The position numbers and the translations under genes are program-made. A model generated the notes under the pieces. It was not told where the DNA came from. It saw only the letters and a program-made list of their open reading frames with translations, and made no database searches. 32,000 nucleotides of DNA, from the NCBI GenBank assembly GCA_963843975.1, contig CAWJMG010000003.1, positions 30,001-62,000 of the forward strand. The letters are read 5' to 3'. Source of the stretch: an uncultured Actinomycetes bacterium (GTDB lineage: Bacteria; Actinomycetota; Actinomycetes; S36-B12; CAIYMF01). Within the stretch, counting starts at the first letter, position 1; each line of letters starts with the position of its first letter. Positions 1 to 8,327 of the stretch are shown one piece after another.

Positions 1-1
1 C

Positions 2-106
2 ATCACCGAGCAGGTCGTCGAGGTCGTCCACGCCGGCCTCGACCCGCGCGAGATGCTCCAGGCCTTCATGAGCCGCAGCCTCAAGGCCGAGGCCGAGGTC
101 GGCTGA
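2..106 (+). CDS. gpsA: 3' end of an NAD(P)H-dependent glycerol-3-phosphate dehydrogenase-like gene (5' part outside window)
   Basis: Frame 2 reads ITEQVVEVVHAGLDPREMLQAFMSRSLKAEAEVG then TGA 104-106, with G/C-rich third positions. Position upstream of ddl fits actinobacterial gpsA-ddl synteny. Only 34 aa are visible, so the family call is tentative. Confidence 0.5.
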   Translation: MTEQVVEVVHAGLDPREMLQAFMSRSLKAEAEVG

Positions 107-118
107 CCGTCCCGAGCG

Positions 119-1249
119 CTACGGCGCGAGGGTGTCGAGCGCCTTGCTCAGGTCCGTCCAGAGGTCGTCGACGTCCTCGATGCCGACCGAGAGGCGGATC
201 AGCGTCTCGGGGATGTCGGGCCGCTCCTCGATCCACCGGCGACGCCGCTCCCACGACGTCTCGACGCCGCCGAGGCTCGTGGCGTGGATGACGACGCGGC
301 TGCGGTCGCACATCGCGTCGGTCTCCGCGGCGCTGCCGACGGTCTCGAACGACACGATCGTGCCGAAGCCGTCCATCTGCTTGGCGGCGACGAGGTGGCC
401 GGGATCGTCCGGCAGCCCCGGGTAGCGCACGTTGCGCACGGCCGGGTGCGACTGCAGGCGTACGGCGAGCTCGAGGGCCGAGGCCTGCGCCTGCCGGAGC
501 CTCAGCGCGAGCGTCCGCATGCCCCGTAGGCCGAGGTACGCGTCCAGCGGCCCGGGGATCGCGCCGACCAGCGTCCGGACGCGCAGCACCCGCGCGAGCA
601 GTGCGTCGTCAGCCGTGACGACCGCGCCGAGCAGCACGTCGGAGTGCCCGGCCAGCGCCTTGGTGGCGGAGTGCACGACGACGTCGACCCCGAGCTGCAG
701 CGGCCGCTGCAGCAGCGGCGTCGCGAAGGTGTTGTCGCACACGGTCATGACGCCGTGCTCGCGTGCGGCGGCGGTTGCCGCTGCGAGGTCGCACACCTCG
801 AGCGCGGGGTTGGTCGGCGTCTCGATCCACAGCACCGCGGCGCCCTCGCACGCGGCGGCGACGGCGTCCGCGTCGTCGATCTGCACGAGCCGCACCACCA
901 CGCGGCCGGCCGCCTCGAGGTCGCGCAGCCGCGCGGCCGTGCCGGAGTAGGAGTGCGACGACACGACGACGACGCCGCCGGTCGGCACGAGGTCGAGCAC
1001 TGCCGAGACCGCGCCCATGCCGCTCGCGAAGGCGAGGCAGCGTCCGCCCTCGAGCCGGCCGAGCACCTCCTCGAACGCCTCCCAGGCAGGGTTCGACGTG
1101 CGCGCGTAGCCGACAGGGCCGCCGGCATGGAACGTCGAGGACAGCACGACGGGCACGTTCACGGGGGCGTCGGGCGCCGCCGCCGGTCGTCCGGCGGACA
1201 CGACCACCGTCTCGGGGCGCAGCGTCTCGGGGCTCGTGGGCTCGGTCAC
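119..1249 (-). CDS. Cys/Met-metabolism PLP-dependent enzyme (cystathionine gamma-synthase/gamma-lyase family)
   Basis: 376-aa ORF with GTG start. Has the PLP-lysine motif SATKALAGHSD, plus IETPTNP and a C-terminal LIRLSVGIEDVDDL typical of this family. Confidence 0.85.
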   Translation of the reverse strand: MTEPTSPETLRPETVVVSAGRPAAAPDAPVNVPVVLSSTFHAGGPVGYARTSNPAWEAFEEVLGRLEGGRCLAFASGMGAVSAVLDLVPTGGVVVVSSHSYSGTAARLRDLEAAGRVVVRLVQIDDADAVAAACEGAAVLWIETPTNPALEVCDLAAATAAAREHGVMTVCDNTFATPLLQRPLQLGVDVVVHSATKALAGHSDVLLGAVVTADDALLARVLRVRTLVGAIPGPLDAYLGLRGMRTLALRLRQAQASALELAVRLQSHPAVRNVRYPGLPDDPGHLVAAKQMDGFGTIVSFETVGSAAETDAMCDRSRVVIHATSLGGVETSWERRRRWIEERPDIPETLIRLSVGIEDVDDLWTDLSKALDTLAP

Positions 1250-1313
1250 GCGACGACGCTAGCCGACGGAAGCCTGGCGGGGGCAGCACGGAGCGCCCAC
1301 TAGGGTTGACGCC

Positions 1314-2426
1314 GTGAGCGAGTCCCGGCGCATCCGCGTGGCCGTCGTCTTCGGCGGCAGGTCCAGCGAGCACGCCATCTCCTGCGTCTCCGCCGGATCC
1401 GTGCTCCGCGCCCTCGACCGTGACCGCTACGACGTCGTCCCCATAGGGCTCACGACCGACGGCCGCTGGGTGCTCGAGAGCGACGACCCCGACCGCTTGC
1501 GCATCACCGACGGCGTCCTGCCGCACGTCGACGGCACCGGCACCGCACTCGTCCTCCCGGGCGACCCCACCCGCCGCGACCTCGAGGTCCACGCGCCCGG
1601 CGACGTGCCCGGCACGCTGGCGGGCGTCGACGTCGTCTTCCCCGTCCTGCACGGCGCGTACGGCGAGGACGGCACGATCCAGGGCCTGCTCGAGATGGCC
1701 GGCGTCCCGTACGTCGGCAGCGGCGTGCTCGCGTCCGCGGCGGCCATGGACAAGGGCGTCATGAAGGCGCTGTTCGCCGGTGCAGGCCTCGAGCAGGCGC
1801 CGTACGCCGTCATCACCGACCGCGACTGGGCTCGCGACCGCGACGCGGCGCTCGCCCGCGTGTCGGCGCTGGGCCTGCCCGTGTTCGTGAAGCCGGCCAG
1901 GGCCGGGTCCTCGCTCGGGATCAGCAAGGTGTCCGACGCCTCCGACCTCGTCGCCGCGATCGAGTTCGCCCGCCAGCACGACCCGCGCGTGGTCGTGGAG
2001 GCCTCGGTCGAGCGCGCCCGCGAGATCGAGTGCGGCGTCCTCGCCGACGCCGACGGCGTCCCGCAGGCCAGCGTCTGTGCGGAGATCGTGGTGAAGGGCG
2101 ACCACGAGTTCTACGACTTCGGGGCCAAGTACCTCGACGACGCCGCCGACCTCGTCGTGCCGGCCGATCTCGATCCCGCGCTGAGCGAGCAGGTGCGGGC
2201 CCTGGCGATCCGGGCCTTCGACGCCCTCGGCTGCGAGGGGCTCGCGCGCTGCGACTTCTTCGTGACGGCCGACGGCCGTGTGGTGATCAACGAGGTCAAC
2301 ACGATGCCGGGCTTCACGTCGATCTCGATGTTCCCCCGCGTGTGGCAGGCGACCGGCGTCGACTACCCGACGCTCGTCGACCGCCTCGTCGCCGACGCGC
2401 TCCGCCGCGGCACCGGCCTGCGCTGA
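1314..2426 (+). CDS. ddl: D-alanine--D-alanine ligase
   Basis: 370-aa ORF. N-terminal RVAVVFGGRSSEHAISCVSA and C-terminal INEVNTMPGFTSISMFP are classic Ddl/ATP-grasp motifs. Confidence 0.95.
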   Translation: MSESRRIRVAVVFGGRSSEHAISCVSAGSVLRALDRDRYDVVPIGLTTDGRWVLESDDPDRLRITDGVLPHVDGTGTALVLPGDPTRRDLEVHAPGDVPGTLAGVDVVFPVLHGAYGEDGTIQGLLEMAGVPYVGSGVLASAAAMDKGVMKALFAGAGLEQAPYAVITDRDWARDRDAALARVSALGLPVFVKPARAGSSLGISKVSDASDLVAAIEFARQHDPRVVVEASVERAREIECGVLADADGVPQASVCAEIVVKGDHEFYDFGAKYLDDAADLVVPADLDPALSEQVRALAIRAFDALGCEGLARCDFFVTADGRVVINEVNTMPGFTSISMFPRVWQATGVDYPTLVDRLVADALRRGTGLR

Positions 2427-2430
2427 CGCC

Positions 2431-4128
2431 TCAGCCGACGATCTCGCTGTCGCCGCGAGTGTCGAGCACGGTGAGGCCGTACGCCACCGCCCACCGGTGG
2501 CCGAGGGCACCGGCGACGTCGGCCCGGCCTGGCGTCGAACCCGGCAGGGCACGCACCACGAGGTCGAGCAGCTCGGCGTCGCCGGCCGGCCCGCCGACCA
2601 GCAGCACGTCGACACCTGTGGGAAGCCCGGACGTCGCCCGGGCGACGTTGTCGCCGACGACGGCGCGCTTGAGGTGCTGGCGCAGCATCCGCCACTCGCC
2701 CGGCGCGAGGCGTCGGTGGAACGGCAGGAGGCCCGCCGGGCCGGGGACGACGAGGGATCCCACCGCGTCGGCAGGCACGGCCGTCTCGACGAAGCGGCGC
2801 TCGCCGTCCTCGCCCACGAGAACGTGCGGGCCCTCGAGCCGTGACGACGCACCGCGCTTGGCCCACTCCGCCGCACCGCGCGGCACGTCGAGCACGTGCG
2901 CGACCGCTGCCGTGAGCAGGTCGCCGGCGCCGGCCACGATGCGCGCGGCCTCGCCGTCGGGCACGACGTCGACCGTGCCGCCGCCGAGGTCGATCACCAG
3001 TGCTTCCGGCCGTGCAGAGGGTGTTGTCATCGCGCCGGTGCGCGCGGCCTCGGCCTCCGACGCGACCCGGGCGACGGGGACCCCGAGGGCGTGCGCGAGC
3101 ACCACTGCTGGGTCGTCGTCGGCGCCGGAGGCTGATGCCAGGGTTGCGACGGCGACAGCGCGGCCGATGACCGACCGGGGCCGTGCGGCGGCGCTCGTGC
3201 CCACGGCGTCGAGGTCGACTACCCACGCATCGTCGACGGCGTGCTCGACGACCCGCCCTCGCTGAGGCAGCCCGACGACGGCCACGACACCTGAAGGCTG
3301 GGGTGCGGCGGCGAGGTCGTGCAGCGACGTCGTAGAACCCGAAGTCGTTCGCGCCCAGGCGATGTCGGCCTCAGCCCCATCACGACGGGGTAGTGCCGGG
3401 CCGATCCCGATGGCGGCGTCACGAAGCCCGCGGAGCGAGGCGGCGACCGCCTCGGCGGCCACGTGCTCGGTGCCGTCGAGGCCGAGCAGCGCCGCGATCC
3501 GGACCGGGTCGACCAGCTGCGCGAGGCCGTGCTCGGCCACCTCGACCGCGACGAGCGAGCAGGCGAGCGCGGCATCGGCGTCGACCTGGTCGACCACGGG
3601 TAGGGGGCGGGTGAGACGTCGGCTCACCAGCACGGCCTCGTCGCCCGCGAGCAGCACGCCCACCACCTCGGCGCCCGAGGACTGCCAGAGGCCGACGCGC
3701 TCCGCAGTGGCCCGGTAGCCGCGCGCGTCGCGGGCCACGAGCACGACCGGCCCAGCCGCCGGCGTCGGGTCGGAGGCGACGTCGACGGGTCGGCCGACTC
3801 CGGCGCCGGAGGTGCCGGGCGTCGCGCTCCCCGACCCGAGCACCCGCAGCCGTCCGGTGTCGGGCGCCGGTGCGGGCAGCACGAGCGCGTGCGAGTCGAC
3901 AGGCCGCTGCGGAGCGACGACCACCCGCGTGACCTCGACGCCCGCCTTGCGGGCGAGCCGGCGTACGACGACCGCGGCGGCCGACGCCGCAGCCGCGGAG
4001 CCCTTGCGGCCTCGCGTGGGGGTGCGCTCCCACACCAGCGGCAGGGGAGGGTCGACCGAGACGTCGACGAGCACGACCTCGGTCGTGGCGTTGCCGACGT
4101 CGACCCCCGCGACGACCGTGCGGTTCAT
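2431..4128 (-). CDS. ddrA: Diol/glycerol dehydratase reactivase, large (alpha) subunit (DdrA/PduG-like)
   Basis: 565-aa ORF. VAGVDVGNATTEVVL and GVLLAGDEAVLVSRRLTRPLPVVDQV align by eye with PduG (IAGIDIGNSSTEVAL; GVILQRDDGVLVSNRLEKPLPIVDEV). Last gene of the dehydratase operon. Confidence 0.8.
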   Translation of the reverse strand: MNRTVVAGVDVGNATTEVVLVDVSVDPPLPLVWERTPTRGRKGSAAAASAAAVVVRRLARKAGVEVTRVVVAPQRPVDSHALVLPAPAPDTGRLRVLGSGSATPGTSGAGVGRPVDVASDPTPAAGPVVLVARDARGYRATAERVGLWQSSGAEVVGVLLAGDEAVLVSRRLTRPLPVVDQVDADAALACSLVAVEVAEHGLAQLVDPVRIAALLGLDGTEHVAAEAVAASLRGLRDAAIGIGPALPRRDGAEADIAWARTTSGSTTSLHDLAAAPQPSGVVAVVGLPQRGRVVEHAVDDAWVVDLDAVGTSAAARPRSVIGRAVAVATLASASGADDDPAVVLAHALGVPVARVASEAEAARTGAMTTPSARPEALVIDLGGGTVDVVPDGEAARIVAGAGDLLTAAVAHVLDVPRGAAEWAKRGASSRLEGPHVLVGEDGERRFVETAVPADAVGSLVVPGPAGLLPFHRRLAPGEWRMLRQHLKRAVVGDNVARATSGLPTGVDVLLVGGPAGDAELLDLVVRALPGSTPGRADVAGALGHRWAVAYGLTVLDTRGDSEIVG

Positions 4129-4137
4129 CGCACCCGC

Positions 4138-4500
4138 TCAGCCCTCGGCCAGGAGGCCACGACGGGCGTACGCCGCTGCGGCCTCGCGGACGAGCGCGGC
4201 GTTGCGGACGGCACCCCGCGACTCCAGCGACGCCGCGATCGACTCGAGCTGCGCGGCGGTCGAGCGCCGCGGGCGGAGCGCGTCGTACACCGCGAGCACC
4301 TCGTCGTCCGGCAGGAGAGTGAGCTCGGCCGCGCGACGCAGGTTGGCCGCGAGCTGCGGGTTGGCGTTGGCCTCGGCGACCGTCGCCTGGTGCTCGAGGG
4401 TGTCGGGGTGGATGCGGATGTCGTCGAGCGAGACGAGACCTTCGCGGACGGCGTCGAGAGTGATCTCGCTGCTGTCGCGGCCGGAACGGGCTGCGGTCAT
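4138..4500 (-). CDS. pduE: B12-dependent diol dehydratase small (gamma) subunit, PduE-like
   Basis: 120 codons at the 3' end of the long 4138..5592 ORF. ATG 4500 overlaps the upstream stop (ATGA). DDIRIHPDTLEHQATVAEANANPQLAANLRRAAELTLLPDDEVLAVYDALRPRRST matches the PduE/DhaB3 core. Confidence 0.85.
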   Translation of the reverse strand: MTAARSGRDSSEITLDAVREGLVSLDDIRIHPDTLEHQATVAEANANPQLAANLRRAAELTLLPDDEVLAVYDALRPRRSTAAQLESIAASLESRGAVRNAALVREAAAAYARRGLLAEG

Positions 4501-6737
4501 CGGAGCACCTCCAGCTCTTCGGGGCCGAGCGCCGGGTCGAGGCAGCCCCGCTCGATCGCGACCAGGGACACCACCTTGGTGTGGAAGCGCGCCTCGATCG
4601 CCATGTCGGAGTAGGGATTCCGGAGCGGCTCTGGGGTCGAGCCCTTGGCGTGACGGCCGGCGTTGGAGCCGAGCGCGCGGTAGAGCTCGGGGGTCACCGT
4701 GGGTGCGACGCTGAACAGCTCGAGGTTGGCCAGCGGTGCGAGGTCGCGTCGGTGGATGAGCGCGGTTCCCTTGGCCTGCAGGCCGATCGCGATGCCGGAT
4801 CCCGCCAGCCTCGCTGCGGTCAGGCCGATGAGCCCGAGGTCGAGGGTGTCGTTGATGCGCACGACCCGCCCGCGGCACCCCTCTTCCTCGAGCCCGGCGA
4901 GCAGCTCCTCGAGCACGTCGTGCACCGACAAGCCCGACAGCGTCGTCCAGATCCGGCGGCCCGTGGCGGCCGAGACACCGATGACGACGTCGGTCGGGTC
5001 TGAGCCGGCGGCGGCCGGGCCGAGCACCCGGAAGGCCGCGGTGCTGCCCGTCGCCTGCTCGCGCAGGAGGTCGTCGACCGAGCGCTGCTGGCGGACGGTG
5101 TTGATCTCGTGCAGCCGCGCTCCGCTCGGCCGGTAGCCCGTGCCGGGGCCGGCGTAGTCGTTCGGGTCGGTCACCAGCGACAGCACGTTCATCTGCTCGT
5201 CGAAGATGGCCGCGGTCTGCAGGTAGTCGCCGCTCACCCGTGCGTGCAGCATCGCCAGAAGCCGCTCGGCCTCCTCGGCGTAGCCGCACGCGTCGAGCGC
5301 CGTGACGACGTCGATCATCGTGACGCCGGACTGCCGGATCACCCGCGAGGCCTCGAGCGGCACCATGAGATCGGCTGCCGGCACGTCCTTGCTGCCAGCG
5401 GCGTCGACCGCCTGCTCGAGCCACTCGTCGTCGAGGTCGGCGAGGCCGAGCCAGCGGTAGACGTCGCGCACGGCCTCGGCGGCCCGGCGGCGCAGCCGTG
5501 CGACCTCGGGCTCGGCCGCGGTACGCAGCCCGCCGTCCACGGTCCAGTCGCGCTGCATGACGAGGTAGTCGTCGATGTCCTCGGAGTTCCACTGGCTCGG
5601 GCCGAACATGTTGTCGTAGCGCTGGATCGAGCCGAAGCCGCTGCAGATGAAGTCTGAGCCGCCGATGAAGATCGGGTGCGTGCGGGAGGTACGCCGCACC
5701 TCCGACTCGCTCATGAGGGCGTCGTTACCGGTGCACGCCTCGAGGTTGCGCAGCATCACCATGAGGTTCTCGGCCATGAGGCTGCGGACGCCGCCCGGCA
5801 CCGAGCCGGCGACCGACGCGGAGTCGATGCCGCCGTTCTGCACGCCCTGCGCGCCCATCGCCCGTGCGAGCGAGACGCATCGGGCCTCGAGGTAGAACAT
5901 CGAGCAGCCCTCGGCACCGCCCATGAGGGCCTCGGAGCCGCCACCCGTCGTCACGCGCATCTTGATGCCGCGGCTGGCATACGCCGAGGTCAGGAACGCC
6001 TTGGACCACGGGGTGTCGTCGCCGTCGACGAAGATCTGCTCGGTGCCGTAGAGCGACACGGTCTCGGCGTACGACACGAGGCCGGCCATGCCGAGCTCGA
6101 GCTCGAGGGCCTCCTCGACCGAGCACTGCACGAGCACGCCGGGCGAGCCCACGGCCGCGCCGATCGACACGGCAACGGCGTTGCTCGGGGCGTCACCCAG
6201 CACCGGCACGGTGGTCTCGATCTCGCGGAACCCGAACGCCGCCGCTGTGGCGGCGTCGGCAGCGAGCAGCAGCGGGTCGTCGGAGCGGTTGGTGACGTGG
6301 GCCTGGTTGCTCGGCGTACGGCGTGCCCTCATCTTGGTCATCGCGATGACGAGCTCGGCCGGCGTCAGCTGGGCGAGCACGCGCGCGAGCTTGGCCGGGG
6401 TGGCACCGGCGGCGAGGCGCACGACCTCCGACCGCGGCACGGCGACGTCCACGAGCATCCGTGCCAGCGCGACGTCGTCGAGGGCCATCACCTCCGCGGC
6501 CACGGACACGTCGATGCCGTGCGCGGCGATGAACGCGTCGACGACGTCGAAGTCGTCCTCGGCCTTCCCGTCGAGCTCGACGACGCGACCGGACGCGTCG
6601 ACGACGAGGCTCGGCACCGGGTCCCCGGGGGAGTCGAACGCCACGAGGCCCAGTGAGGGCTCCTCGACCGCGAACCCGTCGAGGTTGACCCGCTGGGCGT
6701 CCATGAAGCGGAACCGCCCGATCGGCTGGTCAGCCAC
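4497..6737 (-). CDS. pduCD: B12-dependent diol/glycerol dehydratase, large and medium subunits fused (PduC-PduD in one polypeptide)
   Basis: 746-aa ORF; GTG 6737 preceded by GAAGGAGG. The first ~550 aa are co-linear with PduC (MTKMRARRTPSNQAHVTN, GDDTPWSKAFL, YDNMFGPS, NDYAGPGTGYR). The last ~160 aa are PduD-like (VVIGVSAA..., GIAIGLQAKGTALIH), with no stop between the two parts. Confidence 0.9.
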   Translation of the reverse strand: MADQPIGRFRFMDAQRVNLDGFAVEEPSLGLVAFDSPGDPVPSLVVDASGRVVELDGKAEDDFDVVDAFIAAHGIDVSVAAEVMALDDVALARMLVDVAVPRSEVVRLAAGATPAKLARVLAQLTPAELVIAMTKMRARRTPSNQAHVTNRSDDPLLLAADAATAAAFGFREIETTVPVLGDAPSNAVAVSIGAAVGSPGVLVQCSVEEALELELGMAGLVSYAETVSLYGTEQIFVDGDDTPWSKAFLTSAYASRGIKMRVTTGGGSEALMGGAEGCSMFYLEARCVSLARAMGAQGVQNGGIDSASVAGSVPGGVRSLMAENLMVMLRNLEACTGNDALMSESEVRRTSRTHPIFIGGSDFICSGFGSIQRYDNMFGPSQWNSEDIDDYLVMQRDWTVDGGLRTAAEPEVARLRRRAAEAVRDVYRWLGLADLDDEWLEQAVDAAGSKDVPAADLMVPLEASRVIRQSGVTMIDVVTALDACGYAEEAERLLAMLHARVSGDYLQTAAIFDEQMNVLSLVTDPNDYAGPGTGYRPSGARLHEINTVRQQRSVDDLLREQATGSTAAFRVLGPAAAGSDPTDVVIGVSAATGRRIWTTLSGLSVHDVLEELLAGLEEEGCRGRVVRINDTLDLGLIGLTAARLAGSGIAIGLQAKGTALIHRRDLAPLANLELFSVAPTVTPELYRALGSNAGRHAKGSTPEPLRNPYSDMAIEARFHTKVVSLVAIERGCLDPALGPEELEVLR

Positions 6738-7191
6738 CGAGGGCCTCCTTCGCGTCGTGCTCGGCCTCGTGGCCGGAGAAGACGGCGGCCGCCGCGGCCG
6801 CAGCCGCAGCGTCCTGCGCGGCGGTGCCTCCGCTCACGCCGACACCACCGACCACCCGTCCCCTCGACCAGAGCGGCAGGCCGCCCGCGAAGGCGACGAA
6901 GCGGCCGCCGTCCGCGGCGTACATGCCGACGAGCTCGCCGCCGTCGACCACGAGCGGCCCGAGCTCGGCCGTGGCCGCGCGGTGCGCCACCGAGGTGTAC
7001 GCCTTGTCGCGGGCCAGCGTGGGCCCGGCGATCTCGGCGCCGTCCATGCGCTCGAATGCGACGAGGTGGCCGCCGGCGTCCACCACGGCCACCGACACGA
7101 GCGCGTCGAGCGAGGCCGCCTCGGCGCGGGCGGTCGCGCACATGGCGAGCGCCAGGTCAAGGTCGATCTCGGTGCGGGTCGTGCGGGCCAC
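6730..7191 (-). CDS. GlcG/HbpS/PduO-C-terminal-type (DUF336) heme-binding protein
   Basis: 153-aa ORF. GGLPLWSRGRVVGGVGVSGGTAAQD is the family signature. Its stop overlaps the pduCD start by 8 nt. Confidence 0.8.
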   Translation of the reverse strand: MARTTRTEIDLDLALAMCATARAEAASLDALVSVAVVDAGGHLVAFERMDGAEIAGPTLARDKAYTSVAHRAATAELGPLVVDGGELVGMYAADGGRFVAFAGGLPLWSRGRVVGGVGVSGGTAAQDAAAAAAAAAVFSGHEAEHDAKEALGG

Positions 7192-7215
7192 GGGAGCCTC
7201 CTGGGGGAGAAGGGA

Positions 7216-8233
7216 TCAGCGGGCGAGGGCGCGCAGCGCCGCATGCGTGCCGCGCATCGCGACGGCGCCGGCGAGCACGGACTTCGGCACCTTCGCCACG
7301 ACGGTGTAGTTGGTGTCGACGACGTTCGCCACGGGGGTGAGCGCGGTCTGCGAGACGAGCTGGTAGGCATCGAGCGTCGACTGCCCCGTGCAGCTCGGCG
7401 ACCCAGAGGACCATCTGCTGGTGGGCGATGCGGAACGCGTCCTCGAGCGGCCGCGATGAGCCCGTCGTCATGATGAACGTGTCGTCCTCCATGCGCGGCC
7501 ACGGGGTGGGCATGCCCTTGATGAGGTCGAGGATCACCACGGTGTCCATCGCGCACTCGACTGCGACGCCGCACGTCTCGCCCTCGCCCTGCCGGGCGTG
7601 GCCGTCGCCGAGGCTGAACAGCGCGCCCTCGACGTTCACCCCCAGGTAGCAGGTGGTGCCCGCGCGCATCTCGGGTGTGTCCATGTTGCCGCCCCAGTCG
7701 CCCGGGGTGAGCGAGCTGCGCACCTCGCCGAGCGGGGGAGCGACGCCGACCGTGCCGTGCATCGGGTCGAGGGGGAGATCGGCGGTGAACGTCGTGTCGG
7801 CGGCGCTGTAGCGCACGAGCCGGTCGGTGGCGTCGATCTCGTAGATCCAGGTGCGCTCGAGCAGTGCGGGCTGCAGGCTCGCGGTCTGCGGCGTCGAGGT
7901 CAGCGAGCCGAAGAACGGCACCGTGCTGCTGACCCCCCACGCCTCGCGCGGCTCGATCGAGACGAAGTGCACGGCGAGCGTGTCGCCGGGCTGGGCGCCC
8001 TCGACGTAGAACGGGCCGGTCTGCGGGTTGAGCAGCCGGGGGTCGCACACCTCGCTGGGCAGGTCGGACGTCGAGCGCACGCGGCCGCCGAAGCAGTCGA
8101 AGGTCCAGGTCGACAGGCGGGTGCGCGGTCGCACCGAGGCGACGGGCGCGACGCCGCCGAACGTGTACGTGAGGGCCGTGGGGTCGCCGTCAGGGTCCGG
8201 GGCCCAGAACAGGTCGGTCAGCGAGTCGGTCAC
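7216..8233 (-). pseudogene. Acetamidase/formamidase-family amidohydrolase, reading frame broken by one extra nucleotide near 7384-7390
   Basis: GTG 8233 (SD GGGAGA) opens VTDSLTDLFWAP...GNMDTPEMRAGTTCYLGVNVEGALFSLGDGHARQGEGETCGVAVE (FmdA/AmiF-like). After ...QQMVLWVAEL the ORF-track frame becomes Arg-rich nonsense. The adjacent frame reads (T/H)GQSTLDAYQLVSQTALTPVANVVDTNYTVVAKVPKSVL...ALAR then TGA at 7216-7218. Span is 1018 nt (3n+1). Confidence 0.8.
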
Positions 8234-8278
8234 GGCAGCAGTCTCCCTGTCGGGGCGGGGGTGCGGAGGGCGAACGAA

Positions 8279-8312
8279 GGGGGTGCGCCGCGCATCTGCG
8301 CGACGCACCCCC
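8279..8312 (-). terminator. GC-rich hairpin just downstream of the permease stop (candidate terminator/attenuator)
   Basis: GGGGGTGCGCCGCGCA (8279-8294) pairs with TGCGCGACGCACCCCC (8297-8312), 15 of 16 positions. It lies 16 nt after the permease stop (8328-8330). On the minus-strand RNA it is followed by CUUCGUUCG, a poor U-tract. Confidence 0.45.
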
Positions 8313-8327
8313 TGTCGGTGGTGCGGG

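Noticed and set aside
609-2876. 755-aa antisense ORF spanning the PLP enzyme and ddl
   Set aside because: It is an Arg/Ala/Pro-rich low-complexity translation antisense to, or out of frame with, two well-supported genes. This is a typical stop-poor artefact of very GC-rich DNA.
8234-8308. N-terminal extension (MRRADARRTPFVRPPHPRPDRETAA) of the amidase ORF
   Set aside because: It is Arg/Pro-rich and covers the strong hairpin at 8279-8312. GTG 8233 has a proper GGGAGA Shine-Dalgarno sequence, and family similarity starts there.
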